A stretch of DNA of 61,421 nt, counting the filler, from Choristocarpus tenellus KU-1152 (taxonomy: Eukaryota > Protista > Phaeophyceae), in the NCBI GenBank assembly GCA_964200185.2. It is 10 parts of 10 records of this genome, joined end to end, with 100 filler letters (N's around TTAATTAATTAA, not from the genome) between each part and the next. Parts side by side here need not be neighbours in the genome. Positions count along the whole stretch, not along the records: positions 45,772 to 50,107 come from CAXNAD020015049.1; positions 50,208 to 55,802 come from CAXNAD020010299.1; positions 55,903 to 58,793 come from CAXNAD020023880.1; positions 58,894 to 61,421 come from CAXNAD020027045.1; 6 more parts are not named here. The stretch is one strand, 5' to 3'. Shown here one piece after another: positions 49,985-61,421 of this stretch. The notes beneath the pieces are model-generated. The model saw only the letters and a program-made list of their open reading frames with translations. It was not told where the DNA came from and searched no databases. The stretch's first letter is position 1; each line of letters starts with the position of its first letter. Made by a program: the position numbers and the translations under genes.

Positions 49985-52900
49985 ATTTAATACTGATTCA
50001 TATATTTCTTTAGAGTATAACAACTATTATCAATAAATATAGTGGTCCACCTATAATATATACCAGTATTTCGAGCAGGCTCCCCCTTGATACTGCCGCC
50101 CCCCCCCNNNNNNNNNNNNNNNNNNNNNNNNNNNNNNNNNNNNNNNNNNNNTTAATTAATTAANNNNNNNNNNNNNNNNNNNNNNNNNNNNNNNNNNNNN
50201 NNNNNNNAAAGAGAATATCTGGACACCTCCCCCCCCCCCAACCCCCTTCCCCATCCGCACCCGTATTGTGCCACAGAGCGCTCTGTAATGCTATGAACTG
50301 TAACACAGTGGTACAGAGCACCATTACAGTCTCTTGACAAGCGCTCTGTTAGGTCGAGATGAGCAGAGATGATGAATAGTAGAATAAGTTTAAATACATA
50401 CAAGTAGTATTTCAGACATAATGAAGGCGGTTTTCCGACTGCCATACTCTGCTGTGCGGTTGCCTTGTGTGTTGTAGTTGCGATGTACTGGTATGGGGGC
50501 ACTGTGCCAGCAGGGTAACTGTCCACTTAGAAGTCTGGTCTGCGTACCTTCTCCTGCACAACGAGGTGTATAAGTCTCATCCATGCTAAACAGAACGTAA
50601 TGCCCATTTCAAGGATGGGAGGAAACTATATCAGTCCTTACTCTGTGGAGTCCTGGGTGTTTTGCCTGACGAAGAAATTCTTTTTGACTGACAAACAAAT
50701 TGCCAAGCTTTTTTCTGCAACGTGCTGGTCATAAGGTGTTGTTAGTCTCCAAGTGAAGAACCTTGATACTGTCAGGGTTGGTAAGGATGAGACTATTGAA
50801 ACGATAGCTATCGGTTTCCAGGTCACAAGACATGATATTGATTGCAGCAGACAAGAAACTCATTGATCTCATGTTTTTAGCAGATGACCACCATATCCCA
50901 CAATGAAGTTAGACCCAGTTGACCTTCTCGCCATCTGTAACCAGACTGTCATCATCCACTAACCAAATTATTCTCCTTCATGGACGACCTGTTTTAGGAT
51001 CGACTCCTCCTTCACTGCCACTCTCCATAGTTCCCACTACTGTTGCAGTTGGGTCAACTGAAAAAAACAGCGATTCGTTCAAATAGTTCAAGTGAAAGTT
51101 TCACCCTGTCTTTTCCTTTGTGGTCTAATCATATCGCATTCACAAGCCAAAATCCGTCTTATCAGTACCACCGCATGTCCTGCCCCATTCTTGTCGTGCA
51201 CCCTCATTATTCTTGCATCCCAAGAGGCCACCCCCAGATCTCTCTTCCACAATTTCTGAGTCCCCCTTTCTGAGTCCCCCGGTCAGAGTCAGTACGAGGT
51301 ATGAGACAACGGTGCCTCTTTCTCTCTCCAGCATTTTCCATTTTCTTCCTTGCTTTCTCGAAACTACCTTTGTTCACGCGTTGCCTTTGCATGGAGGCGG
51401 AAGTCGAATCCTTCGGATAATTGTGTGGTAGAGTTCCGTAAGGAAGATTCGCCTGCCATATTTTCTACATAGTGATATTATACCCGTAGAGTAGGACTGT
51501 ACATCGGCGGGTTCTCACTGTCCTTCCCCCATCCGATTCATGCCGTCCATGTTCTAGTACATGACTAAACGGAGAGCAGGTTGTGGAGAGGTTTGAACTC
51601 ACGAAAGTGATGGAGGGGAGAGTGGTCATTTTACTCTTGAGTTACAACCACAACAATGAATCCAGATACTGAAAAATTCACCTTTCATGCTTGACTCTTC
51701 AGTGTCGAGGGTAGTTGAAGCTACATGTCTTTATCAAAAAATTACACTATCAAATTATATTCTTAAGTCAGTAGATCGATTGGTTAATGAGAGCATTGAA
51801 TGTTGAAAAAGGGTCAACTGTTTCCCCTCAACTCTTCCCTTTGAACAGTATAATCTATACTACTACAGTTCGCAAGTTGAAGTTGCTGTCCAGAAGCGGA
51901 GCAACTTCCTTCTCTATCAAATAGGACACACCATAAAGAGTGGGTCATCATTGCACGACCACGACGTTCCTTGTACAACTGGGACAAGTTATTCATTGGC
52001 GTGTCTTACACACCACTCACTCTGTGATATTTCCTCTGCCTAGGGTTGTTGAAGGGACAGAGGGCCGGGTGGATGGTAGAAGTGGACTAAGATAGAGAAT
52101 GAGAAGAATTCCTGACGGGAAGACTACTTTTAGTAGGAGTGTTGAGTTGACGGGGTGTTTTGACAAAGACGTTGCATTGACAGAATAACCAAGTGGCAAC
52201 GTTGGGACTAGAGGTATTTGACGTTCGAAAAAGGAGTTTTGAATGATTAATAGTGTGCGGTTCTTGGACAAGACCGAGACATTGTGATCGCTCACAATTT
52301 GTGGCACTGGAAGATCCTGATTTAGTTGTGTGCATCTTCAGAGGCATCAGATCGATCAGAGGTGTCTCTTTCACCTTTTCATATTTCTGACATAGACCAG
52401 GACCCAATTTGGACTCAACACGTGATATTTTGCTGACGAACGCAGTTGAAGAGCAAAGTTGGGAGTTGTAGGACGACTTTAATGACTTCGTGGTACCAGT
52501 ACCACGACAAAGGAGAGGAAAAGATGATGGGGCCATTTGGGAGTGAGGAAGCAAGGGGGGAATTCAAAGGAGAAGGGACATCTGCGGCACTGTTTGAGTG
52601 CGATTCGACAGCACCTGGGTGTGAGATCTCACCGCAGCAAAAGCGTTTAGGTATGGGGATATTCATATCCGTGACGGACAGGATGCTCAGCGCAAAGTGC
52701 CATAACGATGACGCGAAGGGACTGGGGGCAGATACAAAGGAGAAGGTTGTGGAGGATAGGAGCGGCGGGGCACTCGAGGAATACTTCTCTTCACTGTTCG
52801 ATAGGGCAATCTGTACGCACAACTACAAGCTGGTTGGGTGAGAGGAAAATATCCCCCCCCCAACCACCACAACCCACAACAATCTCTCACCAACTTAGAT

Positions 52901-54570
52901 ATATCGTTTTGTTTCGCAAAGCATTGTTATATGTATATAGACTGAATTGAATAAAACGGAGTCTGAGAAGGTTGAAAGAGTGAATCACGTGCCGTGTCAA
53001 TCTTTCCTGCGCACAACTACAAGCTGGTCGAGCAATACGTACCATTTCTATTTTTTTTGTCCAATCCTGGTCGGGTGAGAGAAAAATACCTGCTCTCTTC
53101 CACATCTCTTTCCCTAGGCACCACAACAATATCAATTTCCAGCTTAGATGTGTCGTATAGGTACAGAATCGCAAGTCCTGACTGTCACAAGTTGACCTAA
53201 TTGAATGGGAGGTTGAAGTAGACCTTCACACCCTTGCCCCCCCAAATCCATGTGCCCCTTTAGCCACCACAACAATGTCTTGTATCATCTTAGATATGTA
53301 GTACTCGTATTCTGAATACAAGTATACAAAATCGAAATGATGACTCATGGGAGGAGGAGGTAGTACTCGAGGGAATGTGTTTTGCCTTTTCCGATTCCCG
53401 TCTCTATCCTATTCTTGCTTTTCCATCTGTGGAATGACTGTTCAATGCCAATAGCAAGGTCCACCATATCGCTATCAAAACGAAAATTTTTGCTTCCGGT
53501 TGAACTTCGCAAAATTTTCTACAGTTTTGTTCGAATGGTATGCATTGATTGACTCGGAAGGTGTTTTGTCTTTGTGGGCTCTGGACTGTTGTTATGGAGG
53601 GTTCAAGTTGGGGTTAGAGTCATTAGGGATAGCCACGCAATAGAGGAGCCCGACCTCACACTCTTTCTCGTGGCAAGGCGGGGATGGTGGAGGGTGGGAA
53701 ACGGGGCTCATCCCCTTGCTTGAGAAGTCTTCACCATAAGTGACTTGATGCACACACGGGCTGAGGGTATTTCCTCGCCATTTTTAGTGGGAGAACCTGG
53801 CTGCCTCGAAACCTGTTCCAATGAAGCAAGAAGTTTTGTCTCACGTGTAGAAGGCTTGTTGAAGTTTCACTGTTTTTGACATTCCATTCCTATGACCAAG
53901 GCGTGGTGGAGGGTGGTGCAACTGTGGAACTGTTGATGGCCGATGGTGCATTGTATGCACTCCAATGTGCTTTGTTCTGTCAATTCCTATTCCGAGCCGC
54001 TGTCTGGTGGAAGCTTTCACGATGATTCAGGTTTGCTTTGCCGCAGAAAGGGGAGGTTTTGTTTTTTGAAGTGCTTGGATCGCCCATTAGACAAGGAGTG
54101 GGTTTTTTCACGGTGGTCCTCTTTTTTGTGAGGAGAAAATGTTTTGAATTTTAAATGTTGCTCTTCTGGCACGAAAAAAAAAAAAGTCTGCGCATTCTCT
54201 TTTCAACATCAACACGATAAGAGGACATCCTGTGCACACCCCATTAGGAAAAAGGTCGTTGGACGACGGAGGGGGCAGACCTGATATTGTGATTTTTGTT
54301 CAATTCATTTCACCACGCTACTTCTTTAGGACCCCACGCCCACCGCCCTCCAGCCCACACCGTTATTTTTTTTTTTTTCGGGGTTGGTGCTGTGAGACGT
54401 AGCCTTGCACGCCTTAAGTGTCTTGCGGTGCGTTGGCCCGGGGTTCCCTCTCACTGGAATAACGCGGGGGAGGCGACCTTGAGAAAAGAAAAAAGGGGGC
54501 CTTTCCCATTTTGTTGCTTGCGTACGAGATGTGCATTAACCTAAAGAGTTAATACGTAAGAACACATTTC

Positions 54571-54627
54571 AGGGTTAGGTTTAGGGTTGAGGTTAGGTTT
54601 AGGGTTAGGGCTTAGGGTTAGGGTTAG
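54571..54627 (+). repeat. Interstitial telomere-like (TTAGGG)n, degenerate
   Basis: agggttaggtttagggttgaggttaggtttagggttagggcttagggttagggttag. Confidence 0.75.
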
Positions 54628-54833
54628 TGCGACTTACAGCGTGTACCACAGGTGGATAGTCCTCACATGCTCTCATGCGGCAAGATTTTTTGCTGTACAT
54701 TGAGCGGTGTTTCGAACGAATGTAGCAAGTTTATTTCAGGGGCATCGATGGCGTTGGTTTGCTACGGTGGTGTACAACTCTTTTGCAGTATATGGGTTCG
54801 TAAATGGTACGATAGCTCGATTATTTTTACTCA

Positions 54834-54864
<31 letters not shown>

Positions 54865-55127
54865 TCTATTGAGATCATTTACATATTTATTTCTCGATAT
54901 ATGTATAAATATGTATATATATATTCTATTGAGATCTTTCATATATTTATTTCTCAGCATGAAAAGGAGGAGAAAAAGTAAACCTTCCATTTGTGAAATT
55001 TAATTATATACTACGGCTCATATATTACTTCACTCCATGGCAGGGGGTCAAATAGTATATCACGATGATTCCCGTGGGTCCACACCTCTCAATTGTTGTC
55101 CCCTTGAATATTGTGCTGGTGCCTTCC

Positions 55128-55175
<48 letters not shown>

Positions 55176-55904
55176 TTCTCGCTCCTTTCTTTTTTTTTTC
55201 TCGTTCTCTCCCGCCCGCCCCNNNNNNNNNNCGTGGGCCCCCCCCCCCCAATTGTTTTCCCCTTTAATTTTTGTGTGGTGCCCCCCCCCCCCCCCCCCCC
55301 CCCCCCACCTTTTCCATGTTCTGTGTTTCGTGTACGTGTTACTGGCGTTGCCATCATCAGCTCGAAAATTTTCTCGAGCTGTAAGTTTGAGGAGGAGATC
55401 GTTACCCATGCCGTGGAGGCTAGGCATTCGCGGACATTCAGCAGTTCATCTGCTGTGTCTGCAATGGGACTGCAGCATGTGGATATTTTACAACAGGGTG
55501 GGCTGGAGAGGTGCGCAGTACACACAGGAGTAGTAGTTCAAGAGTGAACAATCTTCATTCAAATTCAAACTGAGGACCGTGGTTGTGTGTTTGAACCAGT
55601 AGTGCCGATTGGAAGCCGTGTCTGAAGAGCTGCCATAGCTTTTTTTTTCATGTTGTAGGATATGGAAACACACACACACACACACATGCAACTATGACAC
55701 AGGGGTGGAGAACATTGCTGGGTGAAGTACATTTCAATTGGGGGGGGGGGGGGGGGGGGTTTTAAATTTTTCATTGCGAGGTTTGGGCGTTTTGTTTTTT
55801 TCNNNNNNNNNNNNNNNNNNNNNNNNNNNNNNNNNNNNNNNNNNNNTTAATTAATTAANNNNNNNNNNNNNNNNNNNNNNNNNNNNNNNNNNNNNNNNNN
55901 NNTT

Positions 55905-56365
55905 AGATGGCTGCGTCACAATCCTAATCGACCACCCCTCAGTCTTCTCTGCCCTGACAAGATTTCTGAGTTGTCCTTGCCCGTGTGGGGGTTGACACCG
56001 CCTTGCTGAACAATAATGTGCTTTCCTTGCAACCAAGGCATCTTGATCTTGATTGCAGGAAGTATCTCCTCCGTGTATCACTTCCTGTACCACAATTATC
56101 TAAAATACAGTCCCGTTCATACACATCCCCCCTTTTAGAGTTCTTGCTTGCCTTGTCTGCTGGTTTTGGCGCACACACACGCCAAACACCAAGGTTCCCA
56201 TCAAAGCTGTGAGCCGAATCTGGGCGGGCGTTGGCTGCAATGATCATGGTTTTGGGGATATGACTCTTGTGCTACATAGTAGGGTACCCTGGAAGGTCGC
56301 TATCATCCTCATGCGAAAATACCCTAGCCTTTTCCCCATCAACCATCACGTAAATCCAGGTTTCA
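55905..56365 (-). pseudogene. Mariner-like (DD39D-type) transposase relic
   Basis: ETWIYV...*HKSHIPKTMIIAANARPD..FDGNLGVWRV..PADKASKNSKRG, then frameshifted KMPWLQGKHIIVQQGGVNPH (second D region, D to G) and GWSIRIVTQP. Confidence 0.8.
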
Positions 56366-56366
56366 G

Positions 56367-56518
56367 TGCGAATGCCCTTCATCACTGATTGCCATTCATC
56401 CCCCGCATTAGATGACCAACCATTGCGAATGCCCTTCGTCACTGATTGCCATTCATCCCCCGCATTAGATGACCAACCATTGCGAATGCCCTTCGTCACT
56501 GCTTGCCTGTCATCCCCC
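56367..56518. repeat. 57-bp tandem repeat, about 2.7 copies
   Basis: tgcgaatgcccttc(a/g)tcactg starts at 56367, 56424 and 56481. Confidence 0.9.
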
Positions 56519-58911
56519 CCCACCTTTCAACCCACGCAAGTCACCCTCCCCTCAACCCCACAGCAGTTCTAACACCACTCAACACCACTCCACAATCATC
56601 CAAGAACACCCCTTCATGATCCACTTCAAACCGTGCCTTTGAGCTAGAAGGCATCTACCCCGCCGGAACTTGACCTCCCCTTCCCCCCCCCTTTCCTAGT
56701 GTTCCCGTCGTTCGTGAGCAAGCGACGGGGTGGGCGGGCGGGAGACGCTTGCTCGGAGGTTGCCTTGGTCTCCCCTCCTCGTCTTGTACCCCTGGTCTTC
56801 TTTCCTTTTATCACTGACTGGATGCTGATCTTCCCCTTATTTACCACTCATTTCCATTAACCCTTTTTTCCCTTCCTTAACTATTCGTTCTCTTCCTGCT
56901 TCCTTCTTTTTCTTTCCCTTGCCCACGCTTGTCCTGTGCCCCCAGCCAACCACAATTCTTCCGCCCACAAAACTCAGATTACTTCATAAACTCTCACTTT
57001 TTCACCTTATCGCCACAAGAATTACACAATATTTACATCAAATGAAAGCTTATGACAAGAATTTTTGAAGGTTTGTGTCCATAAAATTTCCAAAGTTCAG
57101 AAACGGGACAGGATCTATGTCCCCATCAAGTAATGGCAAAACGCGGGGGAACATCTTCGGTGCAATTTTGAAACTCACGACTTCAAAACGGACAAAAATG
57201 AAGTGGTTCGCTGAATTCCCCGCAAAAACCGGATGCAATCTAGGACGCTGCCCAAGTTTGACGTGTGTTATGACGCCGAGAAAAAAAAGAAAGATTTGCG
57301 GACATCTTTTAACGCCTTTTGCAGACTTTGTGAGAGCACATATAAACGTGACCCACACAGCAACAAGAACCACGATAGTGAGACAAGGAGAGCTGCCGAG
57401 GCCACTCTGCCCCCTGGATCTACCCTTGGTACCTTCTCTGTCGAGAGGCGATAAAAAAACAAGTACCGTGTGACATTTGGTGCAATGTCTGGTGACGAGA
57501 AAGTGCGTGCACTGTCGCGTAGCAGCAGCATGATCAAATCGCGCAATGGACCACTCGACTGCGACACTTACGCTGAGAGAAAATGCATGGAAGGCATTAC
57601 CAAACAAGCGTGGTTGGATCTTCAACCACGTCGGAGCACTGCTCTGCAGTCTCTGCTGTCTTGGGCAAGCAGGAAGAGAGGGGCGAGTCCATCACCAGGT
57701 GATACAGTGACGAAGTCTGTGGGGAAGCCTGGTCACGGCAGGCAAAGGGAGAACCAGAGTGACCAGCTGAAGAGAAGGTTGGGGAGGAGAGCAGTGTGAC
57801 TGCGGGCCATTGCGCCCAGGAAATGCCTACGTGAAAACCCGGGTGTAGAATATCTTAGTAGTCGACAGTTGCAGCAGGCCCTGACTGTTTGGAAGATGCA
57901 AGCCGGAGTGTCTTAAGGAAACGAGAAAGAAGGAGTTAGGGTTGGAGTACAAGGGCTCAGAAGCCCGAAAGAAGGTCCAAAGGGCTCGCAAGGCCGAGGA
58001 GAAAGTAATCGTAACAAAGGCAGATGTGGAGACATTTCGATACCACCAAACCCTCTATTTGAAGAGGTGGCGAAGCAAGTGGAGGTGGCCATCGAAGAGG
58101 ACGCCAGGGAAGAAGAGGAGGTAAGATTGAGACTATGTGCACACCGATGGTTTGGTGTCTCCCACTTCTTGCAAGGTGTGGTACGTTCACTTTTGTTCCT
58201 GGACTTAGGGTTGGACGTATAAAGTTGATTAAGGCTCTCTCCCCGCCTGTATTCATTTGAGAAATCAACACAATTTTCGATCAACTCAAGCCTGTCCTCC
58301 CTCGCCCTTGCGCCTTGATGATAAAATATTACCCGCCCAGGAAACATTGTCGACGCCTATTCCCGGCGCTTAACGAGGAAATGCGATAGTAAGGGCTCTA
58401 AAACTGCGAATTCTGAACCTGTGTATGAACGACGGGAAAGGTCTTCAAACGGCGCGAACACACAGGAAGAGAGGTTAGGGAGGCTCTCCCCCCCCCTAAA
58501 CCCTATACTTCAATGAAGTAGTAGTGTATTTGTTGCCACTCTTTGTGACCTACAATCCACTATTCGAACCCCAATATGGGCGCTCTTTCTTCAAAAAATG
58601 CAAAACATGGTGAAAGAAAACGAAGCCCGTATTCTTGAGGGCATTGTGACGGGCATCACGAATATGCTTTTATTTTTTAAAATCCGATGTCTACATCAAA
58701 AGTTATGACGGGATAACCCCAAAGGGCGAAGGTATTGTTACAGGCGCCCCTCAATGCTCACCTTCCAGGATGTACAACTCAAATCCAACGACCNNNNNNN
58801 NNNNNNNNNNNNNNNNNNNNNNNNNNNNNNNNNNNNNTTAATTAATTAANNNNNNNNNNNNNNNNNNNNNNNNNNNNNNNNNNNNNNNNNNNNTTTTTTT
58901 TTTTTATTTTT

Positions 58912-59099
58912 GGGCAAAAAATATGGGAGGGGGGGGGGGGGGGGGTAGGGCTGTCCAATCAGGGCCCATTTTTCCATGTCGCGATTTTTGGGGTGATTTG
59001 GTTGCATACGTCGGATGGATAATCTAAGTACCTTCTCCCGGTCAGGGCTCAAATGGACACCCTGGTATAGACCCCCCCCTCCCCCAGATACTTTGAGCC
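58912..59099 (-). mobile_element. MITE family B copy, inverted, next to contig start
   Basis: ggctgtcca...gggtgatttggttg...ggatggataat...aaatggacaccctggtatagacccccccctcccccagatactttgagcc. Confidence 0.8.
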
Positions 59100-61363
59100 T
59101 TACGTACATAAATGTAAATAGCCCAATCTAAACGGACCTGCGGGCAGAAAGGTAACACAAGCAGAAGAGGAAGACGGGCCAAGTACACAACATGCACCAC
59201 GTCCAGAGAGGCATCTGGTAGTCGAAAGTCCATCAATACTATTTCTCCTCTTCTCGCTCCAGGCATCGCGCTCTTTACACAGAGCCTTGAGGCACCAAGT
59301 TTGAAGCACTGTAGTTTTCTAATTAATAGCATCTCTTTGAGGTTCAACCTTTGGTCTGAATCGAAATATCTGCCACACCTACACAAGAATCACCAAAAAT
59401 GGACCTTAACTCTATAAACCCTTCACAACAGTAATATTGAGGGATAGGGTAAAATATTGCTTCTCAACCTGTGCATTACACAGGAGGCACACACAGACAG
59501 ACTTGGACTTCTTGTCTGAATCTGCAGCATATCAATTAAAATGTGATATTTGAGAAGAACAGTCAAGAACTCCAGAGTACACACCACTACTACTAATATA
59601 CATACTTCAAACTTGAGGTATATGAATGCCCTACCACTACGTCCTCCAGTCAAAATGTCCTAGCATGAGGGTCGTACTTCAGAACTCCACTCATAAAGCA
59701 TCGGACCAAAACCCCATTTAACCACACGGCACTTCAAGCGAAGTCAATACCGCACCTTCAATCCATGGTTCTCACAATAGTACCATGGTAAGCCCCATCT
59801 CAGTGCACTCCCAACCTATTCTGAAGCAAGGAGTGGTAATAGTTCACTCATTAACCATCCACCTATTCCAAAAAACGGGCGACCCAAAGACGTTTGTGTT
59901 CCACTATCATCACCATGTGAACCACAAATTCATGTGCGGCTCCAAGCTTTTGGATGGAGGGCAAACACAAGTAAATAACCGCTACTACTTCAGACTGCTT
60001 CTAGTTGAACTTCACACGCAAATGACAGTTCTTTCTTCCAACAAATAACAATCAATAAAAACAAGCTGTAATTGAGGTAGCCTGTTCACTGCCTGTCGCG
60101 TCAAAACCTTTGCTTAGTATAATGTATAATGACAACACTCAAGGTGCCTATCAGGGTATTACACATTATGGCATCATTTTGTGAGCGCTGGCTTTCGTGC
60201 AGTAATGAGACCAAACTTAACCAATCCCTTGTTGAAGCCACGCACCATGAGCTATACACCGAAAAAAGAAAGCACAGACATGCAAGGGGGGGGGGGGCAG
60301 ATGGTTTAAGCACACACAAACATGTTGTACCACAGGGAGGCCAATGGGGTCACATGAAGTGAGAGAATGAGATTGAGAGCGTTGCTGGTGGTGACCGTCT
60401 TAATAGGAACAATTTTTGGAGCACACTTGCTCAGGGTTTTGCCTTTCAAACATGACTGATTAAAACATCACTGCTTTGGAAATGGAATGATTATACACCA
60501 AGAAAATTCTGGACGTGCATGGTAATGTCCAAGGCGGTTGCACTTCTAATCCACAAAAGAGGTGCCTGACCCAAGTAGGGATACAAGAATCGAGTCCAAC
60601 GTGAAAAGCACTCTGGAGGAAAAACTGTTCGTCCAGGTAAGCTTTGCTCGAGAAAACATGACAGGCTCTTTACTCCGTAAGACTTGACGGGCAAATAGAG
60701 GGGTGAAAGACAACAAACAGGCAATCACTTGCTCTTACAGCAGTGCAGCGCGATCACTAACACATGTTACTTGCAGCAACACCAATCACTTTGTTTGTCA
60801 GCTTGCTAGCTACACTACACATATTTTTGGAAAGGTTCTGACAAGGTACACTTTTGAGCAATTTCACATTGTCCTTGGTCCCTGCTACATGCCCCTGCAA
60901 GGCCCTGCTCTCCGTGTAAGGTTGATTTACGAGAACCTCTCAGTCAATGCCAAGTGATTTCCGTTCCTACCCGACATTGATTTCAAAACAATAAAAGCTA
61001 AAGAACACATCGCAGTTGTAGGTGTAACATCATCAGCGCACAACAGGAGTAATATCAATATAACCTTTGAAATGTGCACATTCAAGCATCATTTGAACAA
61101 ATACCCCTACGAAGTAGAAGCAAATTCTGTTGAGAAAATGTGTCAAGAACACACTTACCTATTCATATGTAAAAGTAAATAATAGGTGAAAAACAATCAT
61201 ATGATGGAAGAGACCATGTTTATATTCTGAAGAGTAAAAGACAGGTATGAACATGGTAAAGAAGTAGAGCATATGGAAATAGAAAAAAAACTTTGTAACA
61301 AGTAGCGTGTGATTAATGATCCACAGAATAGGACTAATTTGGTGGCAGGGAGGGAGCCCCCCC

Positions 61364-61406
<43 letters not shown>

Positions 61407-61421
61407 CCACCCCCCCCCCCC

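Noticed and set aside
52087-52841. Overlapping 130-155-aa ORFs on both strands
   Set aside because: No recognisable domain or consistent splice signals, so no call can be supported.
6445-58893. Regularly recurring TTAATTAATTAA palindrome between N-runs, resembling a cassette or recombination-site array
   Set aside because: It is an identical 100-nt synthetic spacer with six-frame stops used to concatenate contigs. It is not biological, and gene neighbourhoods across it are invalid.
1-61421. Fanzor/TnpB, endogenous giant-virus genes or another novel multi-gene system
   Set aside because: I found no RuvC/zinc-finger TnpB motifs and no intronless gene-dense viral-like block. The contigs are too short and unlinked to define a system.

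Overview
Eukaryotic genomic DNA with spliceosomal introns, probably a stramenopile and most likely a brown alga or close relative. That placement is inferred from TE families and gene style, not proven. The window is not one locus. It is 10 contigs joined by nine identical artificial 100-nt spacers (N44-TTAATTAATTAA-N44), so adjacency across spacers is meaningless. Supported genes: the 5' part of meckelin/TMEM67 (six phase-consistent exons), head-to-head with a PTEN/tensin-type phosphatase-domain gene that has an internally duplicated exon; an EXD3/MUT-7-like DEDDy exonuclease; an SLC35A-type nucleotide-sugar transporter with a GC-AG intron; tRNA-Arg(ACG); and exons of unidentified genes. Repeats: two related MITE families sharing TIR and subterminal motifs, a decayed CRE-like RLE non-LTR retrotransposon, two DD39D-type mariner relics, TGTTG element termini, a foldback element and several mini/microsatellites. 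I found no convincing new multi-gene system. The most interesting candidates are the shared-end MITE pair, the exon-duplicated PTEN-like gene and the variant-coded 13-bp minisatellite.
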